From positions 72,708 through 136,707 of the forward strand of contig DASTGN010000009.1 of assembly GCA_035719105.1 (NCBI GenBank): DNA of 64,000 nucleotides, written 5' to 3'. The notes below the pieces were generated by a model. It worked only from the letters and a program-made list of their open reading frames with translations. It was not told the DNA's origin and made no database searches. The stretch is from Bacteroidales bacterium (GTDB lineage: Bacteria; Bacteroidota; Bacteroidia; Bacteroidales; UBA1402). Within the stretch, counting starts at the first letter, position 1, and each line of letters starts with the position of its first letter. Made by a program: the position numbers and the translations under genes. Shown piece by piece: positions 55,779 to 64,000 of the stretch.

Positions 55779-56554
55779 TTGGGTTGTTTTCCTATGTAAG
55801 CGAGAATACCGCCATCTACATACAAAATATGACCATTGACAAAGTCAGAGGCACCGGAGGCTAAAAAGATAGCAGGACCAGTCAAATCTTCGGGTGTTCC
55901 CCAACGTGCAGCTGGAGTTTTTGCGATGATGAAATCGTTGAACGGATGTCCTGGAGTGCGTAAAGGAGCCGTCTGTGGGGTAGCGATGTAACCCGGGCCA
56001 AGGCCGTTGACTTGAATGTTGAATTCACCCCATTCGGAAGCCAGATTCTTGGTCAACATTTTCAGACCACCTTTGGCAGAAGCATAAGCAGCAACCGTTT
56101 CGCGACCGAGTTCACTCATCATGGAACAAATGTTGATGATCTTGCCAGCACCTTTTTCGATCATGGCAGGAGCAACCGCTTTGGAAACGATGAACGGGCC
56201 GTTCAAGTCGATGTCAATAACCTGACGGAATTCAGCAGCGGTCATTTCGACTGCAGGAATGCGCTTGATGATGCCAGCGTTGTTTACCAGGATATCGATG
56301 GTTCCCACTTCTTTTGCAATCTGTGCAACCATGGCGTTGACCTGATCTTCGTTCGTCACGTCGCAGACATAACCGTGTGCATCAATGCCACAGCTTTTAT
56401 ATTCTTCTAAGCCTTTTTGAATCAATTCTTCTTTGATGTCGTTGAAAACGATGGTCGCGCCAGCTTCTGCATACCCTTTGGCTATGGCCATGCCGATGCC
56501 GTAAGAGGCGCCTGTGATCAAGGCAACTTTGCCTTTTAAGGAAAATGTACTCAT
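55775..56554 (-). CDS. kduD: 2-dehydro-3-deoxy-D-gluconate 5-dehydrogenase / gluconate 5-dehydrogenase (SDR)
   Basis: The SDR motifs are TGASYGIG, NNAG and YASAK. It lies adjacent to kduI. Confidence 0.85.
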   Translation of the reverse strand: MSTFSLKGKVALITGASYGIGMAIAKGYAEAGATIVFNDIKEELIQKGLEEYKSCGIDAHGYVCDVTNEDQVNAMVAQIAKEVGTIDILVNNAGIIKRIPAVEMTAAEFRQVIDIDLNGPFIVSKAVAPAMIEKGAGKIINICSMMSELGRETVAAYASAKGGLKMLTKNLASEWGEFNIQVNGLGPGYIATPQTAPLRTPGHPFNDFIIAKTPAARWGTPEDLTGPAIFLASGASDFVNGHILYVDGGILAYIGKQPK

Positions 56555-56571
56555 TGTTTTATAGGTTATAG

Positions 56572-57417
56572 TTAACGTAAATCGGTGTTTTTGAAAAATT
56601 CCTGGTCGCCATAGTCGAGGTTTTCACCACCCATGCCCCAAATGAACGTATAATTGGAAGTGGCAGCAGCAGAGTGAATGGACCATTCGGGAGAGAAAAC
56701 GGCTTGATCGCCCTTCATCCAAATATGACGGCTTTCGGTCGGTTCGCCCAGGAAGTGGCAAACAGCGTTTTCTTCAGGAACTTCAAAGTAAAAATAGGCT
56801 TCCATACGGCGGCTGTGGATGTGTGCCGGCATGGTATTCCAAACGCTGCCCGGTGCCAGTTCGGTCATGCCCATTTGCAATTGACAAGTAGGAAGCACTT
56901 GATTCACAATCATTTTGTTGATGTTGCGATGGTTTGCACCTTCTAGGCTACCCAGTTCCACACAAACAGCATCGGCTTTGGTGATTTTTTTGTCGGGATA
57001 GGTTTGATGAGCAACCAACGAGTTGAAATAAAATTTGGCTGGTTTGCTGGCATCTTTGCTTTCGAATTGTATTTCACGGTCGCCTGCACCGATGTACAGG
57101 GCTTCTTTATAATTCAGTTCAAACGTTTGGTCACCAACCTTGACAATACCTTCGCCCAAACCGACATTGAAAATGCCCAGTTCACGGCGGTGCAAGAAAC
57201 AAGGCGCTTTCAAAGGTTCAATTGCTTCGAGCCGCAAGCTTTCTCCAACTGGCATCGCACCTCCCACTACCATGCGATCGTACATGGTGTAGACCATATT
57301 AACTTCGTTGGCGGTAAACAACGTTTCAATAAGCATTTCCTTGCGGAGTCTGGCGGTGTCGTAACTTTTGGCATCAGCCGGATGAGAAGCGTAACGGATT
57401 TCGTAATTTGTTTTCAT
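56572..57417 (-). CDS. kduI: 5-dehydro-4-deoxy-D-glucuronate isomerase
   Basis: The protein is 281 aa with cupin-type His residues (WNTMPAHIHSRRMEAYFYF). It sits in the kduD context. Confidence 0.88.
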   Translation of the reverse strand: MKTNYEIRYASHPADAKSYDTARLRKEMLIETLFTANEVNMVYTMYDRMVVGGAMPVGESLRLEAIEPLKAPCFLHRRELGIFNVGLGEGIVKVGDQTFELNYKEALYIGAGDREIQFESKDASKPAKFYFNSLVAHQTYPDKKITKADAVCVELGSLEGANHRNINKMIVNQVLPTCQLQMGMTELAPGSVWNTMPAHIHSRRMEAYFYFEVPEENAVCHFLGEPTESRHIWMKGDQAVFSPEWSIHSAAATSNYTFIWGMGGENLDYGDQEFFKNTDLR

Positions 57418-57636
57418 ATTCTATTTAGATTGAATGATCGAACTAAAATGTTGTTGTTATCGGCGATTTGAATAAGCCTATGCAAATATAAGGGATTTGT
57501 TTGGCAACTCAAAGTAACAATAAACAGTCATTCGCCGAATAATTTTCATTTTTAACCGATAGATATTAAACCATAGACACATATGCCCATCAAACTGACA
57601 TTAATAAAACAAAAGTATCTTATTTACGCCCATTTT

Positions 57637-60420
57637 ATGAAAAAAACGACAACGCTCTTATTGTTGATTTTCCTCAGTATCAGCGCTTTTGCCCAGAAGT
57701 CCGTGCAAGGAAAGGTGCAGGATAAAAAAGACGAAGGCAGTATCGAATCTGCAACCATCAGACTTCTTAACGCCAAAGATTCCAGCCTGATACAGGGTTG
57801 TTTCACGGATAGCAAGGGAGAATTTTCACTGAGCCGTATCAAAAATGGCAATTATATCATCGAAGTACGTTTTCTCGGTTATACGAACGCAACCAGAAGC
57901 TTCTCGGTTATGGATAAAAACGTTTTGCTGAAACCCATTTATTTGAGTGAATCGCAGAAAAACCTAAAAGAAGTGGTCGTGAGTGGCATGGCTGCACAAA
58001 TGGCGGTCAAAGGGGACACGATCGAGTACAATCCAGCAGCATTCAAACTTGCAGACAATGCAGTAGTAGAAGATTTGCTTAAGAAACTGCCCGGTGTGCA
58101 AGTCGATGCGGCAGGTAAAGTGACTGTCAATGGCGAGGAAATCAAGAAAGTTCGTGTCGACGGTAAAAAATTCTTTGATAGCGACCCGACCATGGCGACA
58201 AAGAATTTCACGGTAGACATGGTTGATAAAATTCAGGTCATCGATCAAAAATCGGAAATGTCACAATTGACTGGATTTGAAGACGACAATACCGAACGCA
58301 TCATCAATTTGACCATTAAACAGAACCGAAAAAAAGGTGTTTTCGGAAATGTAGGTGCTGGAGCTGGTGCAGATAAAGATGGCGGTTTGCGGTACGATGC
58401 TAACACCTTCTTGACCATGATGCGGGGAGAATCCATGACGACCTTGACCGGGGGAGCAAACAATGTGAACAAAATGCGCAGTGGCAGAGGCCGCGGTGGC
58501 ATTTCCGGTGGTGGCAGCGGACTGATAGAATCGCAAAACATCGGTGTCAACAACAATACTGAAGTTTCCAAAACACTGAAAATTGGTGGAGACGGTTCCT
58601 ATAATCACTTGACCAACACTTCGGAATCTTCTTCCGAGCGCGAAAATTATTTAAATGGAGAAACGCGTTCGACCAATAGCCAATCACTCTCGGTTCGGGA
58701 AAACAATCAAGCTAACCTTAGACTTGAAATGGAATGGGCCCTTGACACGTTGACCACCATGATTGTTCAACCAAGTTTGGGTTATTCAAATAGCAATTCC
58801 AATTCCGAAAGCAACAACATCAACTTTTCAGACGGTGACTCCATCAGTTGGGGAAAATCCAATAGTAACAGTTTGACCAATGGCATTGACGGAGGTTTGC
58901 GGTTCATTTTCAATCGGAAGTCTGCCGTAAAAAAAGGTAGGACCTTCACGCTCAACGTAGGCGGTACTTTAAGCAATTCAAACAGCGACGGACATAATTT
59001 TACAGAAAAGAACACCTTTGCCGACACGACCAAAATCAATCAGCGAACGGAAAACAAATCTAACTCTTACAATGTTGATGTTCGAGCCTCTTTTGTGGAA
59101 CCTCTTTGGAACCTTCGCAACTTTCTGGAAGTTGCCGGAACGTTTTCAACGAACAGTACCAATTCCAATAAGTTCCTTTACAACGACTTGAATAACGACG
59201 GGAATTTTACGGACATCGATTCAACCTACAGCAATGAATTCACCAGAAATTTCTACAGAGAATCATTAGAGTTGAATTACCGTCATCAGGCAGCTTCGTA
59301 CAATTATATGGTCGGTGTCAAGGCTGAACCGGCTCAAACATACAGTACGACCAATTATCTGAATTCATTGGCTGTAAATAGGCCAAACGAAGTGCTGAAT
59401 TTTGCTCCCTCCGGGCAGTTCCGTTACAACTTTGGTCGGAAACAATTCGCCAGGTTGGAATACAGGGGGCGTACCGAACAACCCTCCATCGACCAGATGC
59501 AGCCGCTCAAAACCAACAACCCCATGTATGTTTCGACTGGAAATCCATCGTTGAGTCCTTCGTTCACTCACAATATGAACTTGATGTATTCCAGTTTCAA
59601 CCAGGAACATTTGTCATCGTTTAGCCTTGGACTGAACGGATCTTATACGCTGGATGCGTTGGTCAACAATTCCATTTATGATGAAACTGGCAAACAGTAC
59701 AACCAAACGGTCAATGCCGTCGATGCACCGTTTTCTGCCAACGCAAACATCATGTTCAATACGCCCATCATTCAAAAAAGATTGCAATTCAGCACACAAA
59801 CCTCAGGAAGATATCAACAACGTTTCGGATACTCCGATTTGATCTCAGGCTCCAGTGTCTTCGACGCAAACGACAATTTGTTGATGGGCAAGCTCAGCAA
59901 TACCGTTTCCAAAGGATTCAATGAAAACATCAATTTAACGTTTACGACGGACATGGTGGAACTCGGAGTGCGCGGATCGGTGAATTACAATACCACTCGC
60001 AACAATTTGAATGCGAATAAGAATCAGGAAACTTGGGATTATGTTTACACCGCCAACTTAAATTTGCGCTTACCCTACAGTTGGACCATTTCAAACGACA
60101 TGAGTTATACGACGCGTCAAGGCTATTCCGAATACAGCAAAGACGAATGGGTATGGAATGCATCCATTGACAAATCGGTTTTCAAGAAACAAGGCACTAT
60201 TTCCTTGCGTTTGAATGACATACTGCAGCAGAAGCTCAGTGTTTTTGAAAACATCGGTGACAACTACAGAACGTTGAACCGGAGCAAAATTCTGACATCC
60301 TATTTCATCGTAAGTTTCACCTATCGCATAGCAAGATTCGGTGGCGGCGCAGGGGCTGGTGACATGTTCCGTGGCGGCGACCGTGGTATGCGCAGAGGCG
60401 GCGGAATGTTTGACAACTAA
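57637..60420 (+). CDS. Outer-membrane beta-barrel family protein with N-terminal carboxypeptidase-regulatory-like domain (TonB-dependent-receptor-like)
   Basis: The signal peptide is MKKTTTLLLLIFLSISAFAQ, followed by a CarbopepD_reg-like segment (GKVQDKKDEGSIESATIRLL). A plug-like region and a long barrel follow. The C-terminal tail is rich in G/R. Confidence 0.75.
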   Translation: MKKTTTLLLLIFLSISAFAQKSVQGKVQDKKDEGSIESATIRLLNAKDSSLIQGCFTDSKGEFSLSRIKNGNYIIEVRFLGYTNATRSFSVMDKNVLLKPIYLSESQKNLKEVVVSGMAAQMAVKGDTIEYNPAAFKLADNAVVEDLLKKLPGVQVDAAGKVTVNGEEIKKVRVDGKKFFDSDPTMATKNFTVDMVDKIQVIDQKSEMSQLTGFEDDNTERIINLTIKQNRKKGVFGNVGAGAGADKDGGLRYDANTFLTMMRGESMTTLTGGANNVNKMRSGRGRGGISGGGSGLIESQNIGVNNNTEVSKTLKIGGDGSYNHLTNTSESSSERENYLNGETRSTNSQSLSVRENNQANLRLEMEWALDTLTTMIVQPSLGYSNSNSNSESNNINFSDGDSISWGKSNSNSLTNGIDGGLRFIFNRKSAVKKGRTFTLNVGGTLSNSNSDGHNFTEKNTFADTTKINQRTENKSNSYNVDVRASFVEPLWNLRNFLEVAGTFSTNSTNSNKFLYNDLNNDGNFTDIDSTYSNEFTRNFYRESLELNYRHQAASYNYMVGVKAEPAQTYSTTNYLNSLAVNRPNEVLNFAPSGQFRYNFGRKQFARLEYRGRTEQPSIDQMQPLKTNNPMYVSTGNPSLSPSFTHNMNLMYSSFNQEHLSSFSLGLNGSYTLDALVNNSIYDETGKQYNQTVNAVDAPFSANANIMFNTPIIQKRLQFSTQTSGRYQQRFGYSDLISGSSVFDANDNLLMGKLSNTVSKGFNENINLTFTTDMVELGVRGSVNYNTTRNNLNANKNQETWDYVYTANLNLRLPYSWTISNDMSYTTRQGYSEYSKDEWVWNASIDKSVFKKQGTISLRLNDILQQKLSVFENIGDNYRTLNRSKILTSYFIVSFTYRIARFGGGAGAGDMFRGGDRGMRRGGGMFDN

Positions 60421-60438
60421 TCAAAAAAACAAAAGGGT

Positions 60439-60472
60439 AAGGGCGACGGTTGCATGCTGTCGCCCTTTTTGT
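60439..60472. terminator. Bidirectional hairpin terminator
   Basis: AAGGGCGAC pairs with GTCGCCCTT and is followed by TTTT. It lies between convergent genes. Confidence 0.7.
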
Positions 60473-61588
60473 TTAGTTCTTTTTACGGTAACTCAGGATG
60501 GCCCAGGAATTGAAAACGACTGCAAAACAAATCAGGGCGAACATCGGTTGAACCAATTCAGCAGTGGCACTGCCTTTCAAATAAACCAGCCGCATCACTT
60601 GTATGAAGTATTTGAGCGGACTGATGTCGCTGATATATTGCGCCCATTGCGGCATATTGTCCACTGGTGTGTACATGCCACTCATAAAAATAAAGGTGAT
60701 GACGCAGAAAAAAATGATGAACACCGCTTGCTGAACGGTGCTGGCATAATTGGATATGACCAGCCCCAATCCCGAAAAGGCTAAGACAAAAACCAAGGCA
60801 AACAAATAGATGGTCAGAACGCTTCCCACAGGCAACATGCTGTAAAACAGCCAGGCCACCCCGAAACAAATGTTCAAAACCACAAAACCAATCACCCAAA
60901 AAGGGATCAATTTTGCGAGGATCAAATTAAACTTACTGGCAGGGGTTACGTTCAGTTGCTCGATGGTTCCGGCTTCTTTTTCGGCTACGATGTTGAATGC
61001 AGGCAGGAATCCGGTGATCATGGCCAACAGCATCACCATAATGGCTGGCACCATGAAATATTTGTATTTGAGTTTGGGATTGAATTTGAAAATCCTGGAA
61101 ACATCGATGCCAGAGGCCTGAACCGAGTGACCAGCGGGAACAAGTTCAGCACGGATATCCCTGTTGAAATCTCCCACAATACTGGCCAGATAGGCACTGC
61201 CCAAGCCTCCCTTGACTCCGTTGACAGCATTCGGCAAAATCATGACTTTGGCTTCCTGCTCCCGAATCAGGCTTTGTTCGAAGTCGGGTGGAATCATCAG
61301 AATAATGTCCGATTCGTACTTATTGACACTTGCCAAGGCTTCCTGATAGGTGTTTGCCACTTTGCTCAGGTGAAAATAGCCCGAAGCCGTTGCCTGATGA
61401 ACCAACCGTTGGGAATACGGTGAATGATTGCTGTCCACCACGCACATGTTCAGCTCCTTTACTTCGAAATTGGCAGCCAAAGGCAAAATGAGCAACATTG
61501 CAAAAGGAAAGACAAAAATGAATTTCGGAATGATTGGATTCCGAAAGAGCTGCTTGAACTCTTTTTCGACGAGGTATTTGAGTATCAT
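60473..61588 (-). CDS. ABC-2 type transporter permease (YbhR/YbhS-like)
   Basis: An N-terminal TM helix and a large loop are followed by five C-terminal TM helices. It overlaps the upstream paralogue by 4 bp. Confidence 0.8.
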   Translation of the reverse strand: MILKYLVEKEFKQLFRNPIIPKFIFVFPFAMLLILPLAANFEVKELNMCVVDSNHSPYSQRLVHQATASGYFHLSKVANTYQEALASVNKYESDIILMIPPDFEQSLIREQEAKVMILPNAVNGVKGGLGSAYLASIVGDFNRDIRAELVPAGHSVQASGIDVSRIFKFNPKLKYKYFMVPAIMVMLLAMITGFLPAFNIVAEKEAGTIEQLNVTPASKFNLILAKLIPFWVIGFVVLNICFGVAWLFYSMLPVGSVLTIYLFALVFVLAFSGLGLVISNYASTVQQAVFIIFFCVITFIFMSGMYTPVDNMPQWAQYISDISPLKYFIQVMRLVYLKGSATAELVQPMFALICFAVVFNSWAILSYRKKN

Positions 61589-62727
61589 TCCAATCGGATT
61601 TTAAAATTACGCAAACTAATGATAATCAGCACAATACCCATACCGACCAAGATCGCCATTTCTTGCAGGATGGCTGAAAGTCCGAGCCCCATGATCATGA
61701 GTTTCCGAATGGCTTCAATGTACCATCGGGCAGGAATGACATCGGCTATCCATCGGATGTAAACCGGCATGTTTTCGATGGGGAACATCATGCCAGACAT
61801 CAGCATGACCGGCATCATCAAGCCAATGGCCGAAATAATCAAGGCGGCCATTTGGGTTTCCACCACGGTCGATATCAACAATCCCAAGGCTAAACAAACG
61901 AATATGTAAACCAAGGAGATGATGATGAGCCAAAATAAGCTGCCTGCAATAGGAACATGCATGATGAAATAAGCAATCAACAAAATGGTTGCCAAATTCA
62001 CCAAGGACAGAAAGAAATATGGAACAGCCTTGGACAGAATAACATACAACGGTTTCATCGGGGAAACCAACAGTACTTCCATGGTACCCCGCTCCTTTTC
62101 ACGGGTGATGGAAACGGAAGTCATCATCGCACAGATGAGCAGTAGAATCATGCCCATGACACCAGGTACGAAATTATAAGCCGCCACCATGGATGGATTG
62201 TACAGTAATTTGACTTCGGGCGTGATCAAATAAGGAATTTTCCCCGTTTTCATCAGATCCATCTGATAAGACGACAAAATGGAAGTGGCGTAGGTCGTTA
62301 TGATGTTGGCCGTGTTTGGATCGCTCCCATCGGCCAATAACTGAATTTGAGCATAACCACCATGCATCAGGTTTTCGTAAAAACGATCGCTAAAAACGAC
62401 AACCATGGACACTTCACCGCTTTGAAAAACCCGTTCTGCCTCCGAAGCGCTGGTCAATACCTTTTTGAGAATGAAGTAGTTGTTGATTTGCAGTTTTTCC
62501 ACCATGGATCGGGTAACTTCGTCTCGTGAGGGATCATAGACAGCGATTTTGGAGTTCTTCACCTCCGTATTCAAGGCGTAACCGAATAAGACCAACATCA
62601 GGATGGGCATCACCAACAGAATCATCACACTGGTTCTGTCTCTGAAAATATGGTGGAATTCTTTACGAACGAATGCCATGAAGAATTTCCAGTTGTTGGC
62701 TGCTTTTATCAAGTTTGAGTTTTCCAT
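61585..62727 (-). CDS. ABC-2 type transporter permease (YbhS/YbhR-like)
   Basis: Its architecture is the same as the neighbouring permease. Length is 380 aa. Confidence 0.8.
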   Translation of the reverse strand: MENSNLIKAANNWKFFMAFVRKEFHHIFRDRTSVMILLVMPILMLVLFGYALNTEVKNSKIAVYDPSRDEVTRSMVEKLQINNYFILKKVLTSASEAERVFQSGEVSMVVVFSDRFYENLMHGGYAQIQLLADGSDPNTANIITTYATSILSSYQMDLMKTGKIPYLITPEVKLLYNPSMVAAYNFVPGVMGMILLLICAMMTSVSITREKERGTMEVLLVSPMKPLYVILSKAVPYFFLSLVNLATILLIAYFIMHVPIAGSLFWLIIISLVYIFVCLALGLLISTVVETQMAALIISAIGLMMPVMLMSGMMFPIENMPVYIRWIADVIPARWYIEAIRKLMIMGLGLSAILQEMAILVGMGIVLIIISLRNFKIRLE

Positions 62728-62729
62728 TT

Positions 62730-63497
62730 TTAAGCTTTTCTACGGGCTCCCCTTGCCAGATGTTGAAACACTTCGTCCATATTTTTGGCACCGTACGTTT
62801 TTTTGAGATTTCCAGGGCTGTCTAGAGCATCGATTCGACCGTCAACCATAATGGTAACGCGGTCGCAGTATTCGGCTTCGTCCATGTAGTGAGTGGTCAC
62901 GAAAATGGTGATGCCGCGGTCGGCGGCCTGGTAAATGAGTTCCCAGAACTGCCTTCTGGTAGCCGGATCTACGCCACCGGTGGGTTCGTCCAGGAAAACG
63001 ATGCTGGGTTCATGAAAAATGGCTACCGAAAACGAAAGTTTTTGCTTCCATCCGAGCGGCAACGATTTGACCAAGGTATTTTTTTCGCTCTCAAAGCCCA
63101 ATCGATGCAACAATTCGTCAGTTTTGGGGCCAATTTGGCGTTCGGGCACACCATAAATACCTGCGTACAAACGAATATTCTCCCAAACTTGCAGGTCTTC
63201 GTACAACGCGAATTTCTGGCTCATGTAGCCAATGCGTTTCTTGATTTGTTCCGACTGGTGATTGATGTCAAAACCCGCCACCCATGCCTGCCCCGAAGTG
63301 GATTTACTCAATCCGCACAACATGCGCATGGCCGTCGTTTTCCCCGCACCATTCGCTCCGAGAAATCCAAATATCTCGCCCTTTTTCACATCCAAACTAA
63401 TGCGATCGACAGCGGTAAAATCACCGTACGATTTCGTCAATTCATTGGCCAAAATGACCACATCGTCGGGCATCGAAATGGGATGGTGCATACTCAT
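62730..63497 (-). CDS. ABC transporter ATP-binding protein
   Basis: Walker A is GANGAGKTT, the signature region is LPLGWKQKLS and Walker B is VFLDEPT. Confidence 0.9.
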   Translation of the reverse strand: MSMHHPISMPDDVVILANELTKSYGDFTAVDRISLDVKKGEIFGFLGANGAGKTTAMRMLCGLSKSTSGQAWVAGFDINHQSEQIKKRIGYMSQKFALYEDLQVWENIRLYAGIYGVPERQIGPKTDELLHRLGFESEKNTLVKSLPLGWKQKLSFSVAIFHEPSIVFLDEPTGGVDPATRRQFWELIYQAADRGITIFVTTHYMDEAEYCDRVTIMVDGRIDALDSPGNLKKTYGAKNMDEVFQHLARGARRKA

Positions 63498-64000
63498 GAT
63501 TGTAAGATTTTACCGGAAAGTCGCATGAAACAGTCCTCCACATTGGCTTCTATGGAGCGGATAATCACATGCTTGTGTCCCTTGGAGTGCAAATATTCGA
63601 TCATATCTTGTTCGGTCGGCGGTTCCTGTTTAAACGTCACGTGGTGAGTATCACCAAAGGCAAAACACGTATCCACCGCTTCAAAAAGCCTAAGGTCGGT
63701 GAGCAATTTGGACATTTGATTGCTCTTGACAGACCAAAGTTCGGTACCGAATTCTTGTATCATGTTATGCGGGGTATCGGTTTTGAGGAACTGGCCGTCT
63801 TGAATCAGCGCAATGCGGTCGCAAAGGCTGGCTTCGTCCATATAGGGCGTGGAAACAAGAATGGCGATGCCCAGTTTCTTCAAACGTTTGAGCATGTTCC
63901 AGAATTCCTTGCGGGAAACTGGATCGACACCTGTCGTAGGTTCGTCCAGAAACAACACCGTCGGTTTGTGGATGAGCGCACAGCACAAGGCCAGCTTTTG
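63494..64000 (-). CDS. ABC transporter ATP-binding protein, C-terminal part only (continues past the right edge)
   Basis: The frame stays open to position 64000. It reads QKLALCCALIHKPTVLFLDEPTTGVDP (Walker B and D-loop). It overlaps the next ATPase gene as ATGA. Confidence 0.85.
   Translation of the reverse strand, partial: QKLALCCALIHKPTVLFLDEPTTGVDPVSRKEFWNMLKRLKKLGIAILVSTPYMDEASLCDRIALIQDGQFLKTDTPHNMIQEFGTELWSVKSNQMSKLLTDLRLFEAVDTCFAFGDTHHVTFKQEPPTEQDMIEYLHSKGHKHVIIRSIEANVEDCFMRLSGKILQS

Noticed and set aside
58783-58880. An SNSNSNSESNN / SNSNS low-complexity stretch suggested a possible DNA tandem repeat.
   Set aside because: It lies in frame within the outer-membrane barrel gene and the codons vary. 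It looks like a Ser/Asn-rich surface loop, not a microsatellite or a CRISPR-like repeat.
60330-60420. The 928-aa outer-membrane protein has a Gly/Arg-rich C-terminal tail (GGGAGAGDMFRGGDRGMRRGGGMFDN).
   Set aside because: It is unusual-looking. As far as I recall, similar G/R-rich tails occur in this family of carboxypeptidase-regulatory-domain barrel proteins, so there is not enough evidence to call it a separate feature.
62889-63647. A 252-aa ORF lies on the plus strand across the two ABC ATPase genes.
   Set aside because: It is antisense to genes with Walker A, signature and Walker B motifs, and it has no motif of its own.
1-64000. I searched the whole window for CRISPR arrays, tRNA or rRNA genes, transposases, integrases, phage genes, and toxin-antitoxin or restriction-type defence genes.
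   Set aside because: I saw no regularly spaced direct repeats, no tRNA-like T-loop or acceptor patterns in the intergenic gaps, and no DDE, tyrosine-recombinase or phage motifs in any ORF. The window appears to be core chromosome.

Overview
This window looks like a 64 kb chromosomal segment from a Bacteroidota-like, probably anaerobic or facultative, bacterium. The taxonomic hints are a T9SS-type C-terminal sorting domain, TAnnTTTG promoter-like boxes, the coaE/ybbR/yajC/nusB arrangement, an AraR-type NUDIX regulator, and DUF4861-kduD-kduI. Coding density is high, with about 60 genes. I recognised no rRNA, tRNA, CRISPR array, transposase, integrase or phage genes.

Most genes are housekeeping: recA, recR, pth, rplY, nusB, yajC, coaE, serB, tkt, rpiB, engB, yggS and rluF. 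Sugar-catabolism genes are also present: galM, araR-like, araD, araA, araB, kduI, kduD and a PL10-like pectate lyase.

Three regions stand out:
1. 301-6841 is a seven-gene HdrCBA plus MvhD/Flx-like iron-sulfur flavoprotein cluster. Its gene content matches the FlxABCD-HdrABC NADH-dependent heterodisulfide-reductase type.
2. 7083-10162 is a TPP riboswitch in front of a TonB-dependent receptor and thiamine pyrophosphokinase operon.
3. 38002-48563 is the most interesting region. It is a tightly packed same-strand cluster encoding a fused CcsBA cytochrome c maturase, a His-rich polytopic membrane protein, a membrane-anchored 2x[4Fe-4S] FAD/NAD(P) oxidoreductase, three multiheme c-type cytochromes (20, 16 and 13 CxxCH motifs, 49 in total) and a 526-aa predicted outer-membrane beta-barrel. 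I read this as a candidate porin-cytochrome-like trans-envelope electron conduit. I cannot assign that architecture to any characterised system from memory.

All functional calls rest on motifs read from the translated ORFs. No database search was run.
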